NCBI GenBank assembly: GCA_963706025.1
Contig: CAVPLM010000008.1
Span: 128,001-192,000 of the forward strand
Reading direction: 5' to 3'
Length of the DNA: 64,000 nt
Origin: an uncultured Actinomycetes bacterium
GTDB lineage: Bacteria; Actinomycetota; Thermoleophilia; RBG-16-64-13
The notes under the pieces are model-generated. The model saw only the letters and a list, made by a program, of their open reading frames with translations, was not told the DNA's origin and searched no databases. Each line of letters begins with the position of its first letter. Within the stretch, counting starts at the first letter, position 1. Of this stretch, positions 58,518 to 64,000 are shown in pieces. The translations under genes were made by a program, and so were the position numbers.

Positions 58518-58611
58518 GCGATCTCCTTTGTTCATGTCCGGCACGTAGCTTGACCAACTGTAACGCTTTTCCGTCTGACTGAGCGCCCGTTGGGGGCAGC
58601 GCCGGTGTCGG

Positions 58612-59088
58612 TCAGCCGACTCCCTTGTACATCGCCACACCCATCGAGCCCAGCAGGAGCGTCGTTGTCGCCACCGTTACCAGCCATAGCCCACGATTCA
58701 GCCGGAACATCGGAAGGCCCATCAGCAGGATCGCGCCAAAGAAGAGTACGAGATAGGGCACCAGGATGCCGTAGCGCGGCGGGGATCGGAACTCGATCGG
58801 CGACACGTCTTCGACGACGATCATCAGCACCACGAACACAAGGTAGACGGCGGGGCCGATCCACTGCAGCCAACCTGCTCGAGCCCGGCCGAATCCGACG
58901 ATGGCAGCGGCTGCGGGCACAGCCAGCGCGATCATGACGTAGCCGAGCATATGGTTGACCGACCTGCCGCCGGTAAGGACCCTCGAAAGGAACCCCGCGG
59001 ACTGGAGCAGGTTGACGGAGTTGACCACGGCCCACACGGTGACAGCCGCCCACCAAGGGCCTTGGCTCATCTGAGGCTGCGTGCCCAT
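58612..59088 (-). CDS. Hypothetical integral membrane protein
   Basis: About five hydrophobic segments; AGGAGG RBS. Confidence 0.75.
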   Translation of the reverse strand: MGTQPQMSQGPWWAAVTVWAVVNSVNLLQSAGFLSRVLTGGRSVNHMLGYVMIALAVPAAAAIVGFGRARAGWLQWIGPAVYLVFVVLMIVVEDVSPIEFRSPPRYGILVPYLVLFFGAILLMGLPMFRLNRGLWLVTVATTTLLLGSMGVAMYKGVG

Positions 59089-59252
59089 GTCGCGCCTCCT
59101 CTGGATTCCCGTCGCGCCGCCGATTCCGTGCCCGAATCATGATACTCGTCCCTCCCGGCAGCCCCGAGGCTGATAATCTCTTCGTGCGCAGCACCTCCGG
59201 AGTTCACGTGCCGGATCGCGGACGTCCGGGGCGGAATCACGTTTAGGACCGC

Positions 59253-59729
59253 GTGAGCACTTTGGACCCTCGCAAGCTTCACGTCACCTTCGCGCCCGGG
59301 GTATCTCCCCAGGGTCCCGTCCTCGCTCGCGCGTACACCCTCACCCATTCGGACTCGACGGGAGAGCTGTTCCTCACGGTGGGTCCCAGCTACGATCGTC
59401 GCCAGATCTCCGGCTGGTACACCCGCCTCATGCGCGACGAGGTGCTGGCGGAGTGGCGGATGGAGAACACGGCAAGGCTGGATGTCCACTGCCACGTGAG
59501 CGGCGGCCTGGTGGTCGGCTCGGCACGATGGAGGTACGACATCTTCCGCGGCCACCTGCCCATGGTCATCGAGGCGTTCCGGTACGGCGACCGTGAGTTC
59601 TTCCTCACACACCCGGATCTCGACGAGGCGACAGTCTGGGTGCACTTCCACTCGACCCGCGCGCGTTATGAGGTCTCGGAGGCTTGGGGCCGGCTCCGCG
59701 ACTACCGCGGGGCGGCTTCGCCGACGTAG
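59253..59729 (+). CDS. Staygreen (SGR) family protein
   Basis: KLHVTF, RAYTLTHSDSTGELFLTVG, MRDEVLAEW, VHCHVSG, RYDIF, FRYGD, VWVHFHS, WG.L.DY. Confidence 0.92.
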   Translation: MSTLDPRKLHVTFAPGVSPQGPVLARAYTLTHSDSTGELFLTVGPSYDRRQISGWYTRLMRDEVLAEWRMENTARLDVHCHVSGGLVVGSARWRYDIFRGHLPMVIEAFRYGDREFFLTHPDLDEATVWVHFHSTRARYEVSEAWGRLRDYRGAASPT

Positions 59730-59783
59730 CCGCCCACGCCCCCGCCCGGCCACCGTGTAGTCCGGCCGGCCACCCCGCGTCGG

Positions 59784-61022
59784 TTAGTTCACCGTCACCG
59801 TCTCGGTCCGGGTGACCGGCAGGCCCCGCCTGCCGCACTCGGCGACAAACGCGTCGCGGACCTCCCGGGGCAGTTCCTCGGGACAGACGATCCCGGTCTG
59901 GGCCACCCGTCCCTCGACGATCAGCTCCGCGTAGATGGAGGCGGGAGTGCTCGTCCCGTACGACACGCTCGTGGCTCCCGGGATCCGTTCGTTGACCCAC
60001 CTGATGTCCGGTGGGAAGACGGCGTAGGTGATGGTGGCGGGTTTGCCGCTCTTTTCCCCGACACAGTCTACCGTGACGACACCGTAGTCGGTGATCTCCC
60101 CGGATAGGGCCAAGCGCGCCAACTCGTCCATGGGCGGGTTGGAGGGAAGCGTGGCCACGAAGACGTCGATGGGCCGCACTTTGGACCCGTCCTTCAGCGT
60201 GACCGGGATCTTGCTGGTCATGCCCGAGGCCACCAGGGCCATGTCGGCGTCCAAACCCTCCTCGGGACCGCCCATCTTGAAGTCCACGTAGCGCAGCCCC
60301 TTGTCGCCGTAGCGGCGGGGCAGCAGCCGGGGGAGCGTGCTCACCTCCTCGTGATCGTGGCAGATGACCACGCCCACACCGAAGGGCGCCGGGAAGGGAT
60401 AGCACTCGCGACGCCCGAAGATCTCCACCCGCTTGAACTCGCCGTCCTCGAAGAGCAGCGGCGGCTGAGCGCAGTCCGTGTAATACGTCTCCTGCGACCA
60501 CACTTGGAGCGGGACCGGCGAGTCGAAGATGGCGTAATCCTTGATGCGGATCTCGAAACAGCGCTCGAGGTCTTCGTAGCCGTTGGCGGCGAGGGTGTTG
60601 GTGAACCCTGGGTCCATTCCCGTACTGAGGAGGGCCAGGATGCCGTTCTTTTCAAAATCTTGCCCGAGCGTCATTTGTTCGAGATACGCCTCGTCGATAG
60701 TCTTGGTGCGGGTCTGTCCGGAGGCCATGTCCTGGTAGGCGGCGCCACCGGCCAGACAGGCACGCATGATGGGCAGGTTGTACTCGGGTATGACCGCGTT
60801 GACCACCAACCGGGCCCCGGCGGCCACCTCGGCGACAGCGGCGGTATCGGCCGCGTCGAGAAAGACCGGAGTCGTCTTGCCTCCCCCGACCCGCTCGGCG
60901 ACCAACCGGGCCCGTCCCTCGTCGTAGTCGCCCAGAACGATCTCGGTGACCGCGGGATTGCGGGCCAGGTTCCAGGTGAGCACGTGGCCCTGCATCCCCG
61001 CCCCCACGATGACGACCTTCAT
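59784..61022 (-). CDS. Saccharopine dehydrogenase family oxidoreductase
   Basis: VVIVGAGMQG Rossmann motif, YQDMA, GMDPG, HEEVSTL. Confidence 0.88.
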   Translation of the reverse strand: MKVVIVGAGMQGHVLTWNLARNPAVTEIVLGDYDEGRARLVAERVGGGKTTPVFLDAADTAAVAEVAAGARLVVNAVIPEYNLPIMRACLAGGAAYQDMASGQTRTKTIDEAYLEQMTLGQDFEKNGILALLSTGMDPGFTNTLAANGYEDLERCFEIRIKDYAIFDSPVPLQVWSQETYYTDCAQPPLLFEDGEFKRVEIFGRRECYPFPAPFGVGVVICHDHEEVSTLPRLLPRRYGDKGLRYVDFKMGGPEEGLDADMALVASGMTSKIPVTLKDGSKVRPIDVFVATLPSNPPMDELARLALSGEITDYGVVTVDCVGEKSGKPATITYAVFPPDIRWVNERIPGATSVSYGTSTPASIYAELIVEGRVAQTGIVCPEELPREVRDAFVAECGRRGLPVTRTETVTVN

Positions 61023-61203
61023 GTTCGGCCTCCTCCCGGCGCTCCTGACTGCTCTAGGAGCGTCATTCATGTTCCTGACGAGTTTCTTCCACCTGCAAGG
61101 ATGATATACGACCTACGGGACGAGCGCGCGGCGCGCTGATCCCGTTCCGATCGCTTCAAGCCCCCGCCGCATGTTTCACACGCTATCGTGCTCGGGTAGT
61201 CTC

Positions 61204-62199
61204 ATGCCCGTGAAGAAACCGAGTAGGCGCCGCATGATCATCTACGCGCTGGTGGCTTTTCTGCTGCTGGTCATCATAGTCGGGCCGTTCCTCGTGCCGG
61301 TACGTCCCCTCAAGGGGACCGTGCCTCCCCGGGAGTTGGCCGATCCTGACAGCCGCTTCATCCCGATGGGTGACGCCGTGGACACCGCCACCCTCGACGT
61401 GCACTTCAAGGACGTCGGGGCGGGTGAGCCTGCGATCCTACTGCTTCACGGCTTCGGGGGCAGCACGTTCTCCTGGAGGGACGTGTCGCCCGATTTGGCC
61501 CCAGAGCACCGGGTGGTGGCCTTCGACCGTCCCGGGTTCGGCCTTACCACCCGTCCTCTCCACGGCGACTGGGCAAAGACCAACCCATACTCGCTGGAGG
61601 GGCAGGTCCAACTGACGGTCGCCATGATGGATGACCTGGGTCTGGAAGAGGCAGTGCTCGTCGGCCACTCCGCCGGGGGCACGCTCGCACTCCAGATGGC
61701 GCTCTCGCATCCGGAGCGGGTGAAGGCTCTGGTGCTGGTGGCGCCGGCCGTATACGGCGGCGGTCCACCCACCTGGATCAAGCCACTGCTCTACATCCCC
61801 CAGATCCGTCACCTCGGACCGCTTGTGGCTCGGCGGCTGGTCGGCGCGCTGGAATCGATCCTTGATCGCTCTTACGCAGATCCCTCCCTCATCACGTCCG
61901 AGGTCCGCGAAGGGTACAAGAAGCCGCTGCGGGTCGACGACTGGGACCGCGGTCTGTGGGAGCTATCCCTTGCCGGCGGCTCGGGGGACCTGGCCGAACG
62001 CCTGAGCGACATCAAGGTCCCCACCTTGGTGATAACCGGCGACTCCGACGAGATCGTCTCGCCAGAGGACAGCGCGAGAGTGGCATCCGCCGTCCCCGGC
62101 GCCGAGCTCGTGGTCATCCCGCGGGCAGGCCATCTGGTGATGGAAGAGAGACCCGCCGAGTTCCTAAGGTCACTCGGCCGATTCTTGGAAGCGCTCTAA
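61204..62199 (+). CDS. Membrane-anchored alpha/beta hydrolase
   Basis: N-terminal TM; LLHGFG, DRPGFG, GHSAGG nucleophile elbow, GDSD, AGHL. Confidence 0.92.
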   Translation: MPVKKPSRRRMIIYALVAFLLLVIIVGPFLVPVRPLKGTVPPRELADPDSRFIPMGDAVDTATLDVHFKDVGAGEPAILLLHGFGGSTFSWRDVSPDLAPEHRVVAFDRPGFGLTTRPLHGDWAKTNPYSLEGQVQLTVAMMDDLGLEEAVLVGHSAGGTLALQMALSHPERVKALVLVAPAVYGGGPPTWIKPLLYIPQIRHLGPLVARRLVGALESILDRSYADPSLITSEVREGYKKPLRVDDWDRGLWELSLAGGSGDLAERLSDIKVPTLVITGDSDEIVSPEDSARVASAVPGAELVVIPRAGHLVMEERPAEFLRSLGRFLEAL

Positions 62200-62296
62200 T
62201 ACTGGACGATCTTCTGTCCGAGGTCGGTCCGGAGCGTTCCCAGCTCGGGGTCCAGGAGTCCCTATACTATGCTGCGCTACAGGCTCCGCCGTATCA

Positions 62297-62618
62297 ATGA
62301 CAGGCGGTCGTCCAGTTCGCGAAGCGGCGGGGAAAGTGAATCCAGAAGTGCCCGACCAGAAATGTCAGGAGACCCTTCGCGATCTGCTTCTCGGGCTGCC
62401 GGGAGTCCGTGAAGGTAGACGTGGTCGGGATCAGAGTGCCCGAAGAGCTCGCTCGACACCTGCTCGACGACTCGCGCTTTGCCCCATTCCAGCCCCGCAG
62501 CAGAGGTAAGATGCGCGAATGGATGCAGTTCCCGTGCGCGCCGCGCGAGTAGATCGGGGACTACCAGGAGGTGCTCCTAGCCGCGTACGAGTTCGTCGGG
62601 AGTAGCGGCGAGGTCTAG
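62297..62618 (+). pseudogene. Probable degraded small gene (family uncertain)
   Basis: LRDLLLGLPGVREGR, then in other frames VGIRVPEELA...FQP..RGKMREW and AAYEFVG. Confidence 0.35.
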
Positions 62619-62842
62619 AGCCCTAGCCTGAGCGGTCCCGCTCACTCGGCCGTGAAGTATGCGGCGATCTTGGCGGCCTCCCGATCCACGGTGGACAAGT
62701 CGACGAGGTCCGGCGCCCGCGTCTTGAGAAGCGTCACCCACTCGCCGAGCTGTTCGCGCTGGGCCCTCCGCCGCGCCCGCCGTCGCGGAGCCGGGCCGCC
62801 GAGACCCCCTCGGGCCCTAACGGCTCAGGACGATCTGGGCGT

Positions 62843-63562
62843 TCATGCGAGCAACGACAACGCGGCGGCGACCCCGAATCCCAACACAGTGAAGAGACCC
62901 ACCAGCTTCCCCCCATGCTCAAAGGCCTCCGGCATCATGGCGTCGGCCAGCATGGTCAGCATGGCCCCAGCGGCGAAGGCTTGAGCCAGACGCCCGTCCG
63001 CGGTGGGAAGCCACTGGATCAGGCCGTAACCCAGGGCGGCGCTGGCAGCCGAGACCAGGACCAGTGAGATCCACATCCAGAGCATGTTGCGTCGTGAGTG
63101 ACCCGCAGCAGCCAGGTTCACGGTTCCAGCAATCCCCTCCGGGAGGTTGGAGACGAATACCGCCACGAGGAACGCCACGCTTATGGAGCCGCCCAGAGAC
63201 AGACCCATTCCCAACACAAGCGACTCGGGGATATTGTCGAGCAGCGTGCCGACGAAAACAGCCGCGCCGGAACCTTCCTCCTGCTTACCCCGGATACTCT
63301 TCCGGTGCGCGCCTCCCTGACGATCTACGAGCCAATCACCCACGAAGAAGGCCAGGGCGCCCATCACGAAGAACGCAGCCATGCCCCAGCCGCCGATCTT
63401 CGACTCGGGCACCAACTCGTAGGCGATGGCACTGATCAGTGCTCCGGCGCCGAAACCCATGACCATGCCGATGGTCCGGTTGGAAAGTCCGCGCTCGGCA
63501 AGCAGATACCCGAGCAACAGCGAGCTTGCCGCCAACCCTCCCCACAGAAATGCCGAGAACAT
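62843..63562 (-). CDS. ZIP family metal transporter
   Basis: GFGAGALISA, DNIPES, SNLPEG, FAAGAML...MMPEA. Confidence 0.92.
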   Translation of the reverse strand: MFSAFLWGGLAASSLLLGYLLAERGLSNRTIGMVMGFGAGALISAIAYELVPESKIGGWGMAAFFVMGALAFFVGDWLVDRQGGAHRKSIRGKQEEGSGAAVFVGTLLDNIPESLVLGMGLSLGGSISVAFLVAVFVSNLPEGIAGTVNLAAAGHSRRNMLWMWISLVLVSAASAALGYGLIQWLPTADGRLAQAFAAGAMLTMLADAMMPEAFEHGGKLVGLFTVLGFGVAAALSLLA

Positions 63563-63675
63563 CCAAATTCCTCCACCATGCGCTCGGACTCAGCCGCGAG
63601 GCAGACCTGCCAGTCGTCCCTACGCCACCGCCCTCACCACAGTATCAGTAGTCGTCGAAGGCCGGCGGAATCGCT

Positions 63676-64000
63676 CTATACGGGAGACGTCGTTTGAGGC
63701 TCGGTCTCGCTCTCCCGAGCGATGCTTGAGGGCACCGCCTGGACCACCGGCTGGATCGCACTCGACTGTCGACCGTGGCGCACTTCTCGCACGGTCAGTA
63801 TGGCCAGGGCGACCAAGATCAGCCCCATGCCCACCGCCTCCAGGGCTCCTGGTCGCTCCCCGAGTTGGATCCAGGCCGCCATGACACCCACGACCGGGAC
63901 GGCCAGGCTGCTGATGCCGGCGGTGCCGGTGGGCAAAGTGTGCAGGATGTAGAGCCATAGCACCCAGGTGAGCGCACCGGCCGGCACCACGTTGAAGGCC
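63676..64000 (-). CDS. EamA/DMT family transporter, 3' part (runs off the window edge)
   Basis: LWLYIL..LP...AG...PVVG...WIQLGERP; similar to the 50057..51056 protein. Confidence 0.85.
   Translation of the reverse strand, partial: AFNVVPAGALTWVLWLYILHTLPTGTAGISSLAVPVVGVMAAWIQLGERPGALEAVGMGLILVALAILTVREVRHGRQSSAIQPVVQAVPSSIARESETEPQTTSPV

Overview
High-GC bacterial chromosomal window. Gene content (2-oxoacid:ferredoxin oxidoreductase, a pyrogallol-transhydroxylase-like Mo enzyme, SLH-anchored surface proteins, an IS982-like remnant, SigB-like promoters) suggests an anaerobic or facultative Actinomycetota-like organism; this is inference only. Housekeeping genes (glnS + tRNA-Gln, tatA, fabF, typA, sucCD, cysteine synthase, ppk2) are interleaved with accessory genes. 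No CRISPR array, rRNA, integrase or phage structural gene was seen. At least seven conserved genes carry single-base frameshifts, most simply explained by assembly indel error. Best leads: (1) tandem SLH surface-protein genes with a near-identical 656-bp anchor but divergent passenger domains, within a family of six SLH modules; (2) a CYTH-Ppx-CYTH / PPK2 polyphosphate cluster; (3) an orphan AthL-like molybdoenzyme with altered pocket residues; (4) an IS982-like relic with strand-biased G loss; (5) two orphan tRNA 3'-half fragments; (6) an inverted duplicated microprotein + PRC-barrel cassette in a SigB-like stress island; (7) an atypical SucC facing an OFOR operon. All calls are by-eye motif recognition; no searches were run.
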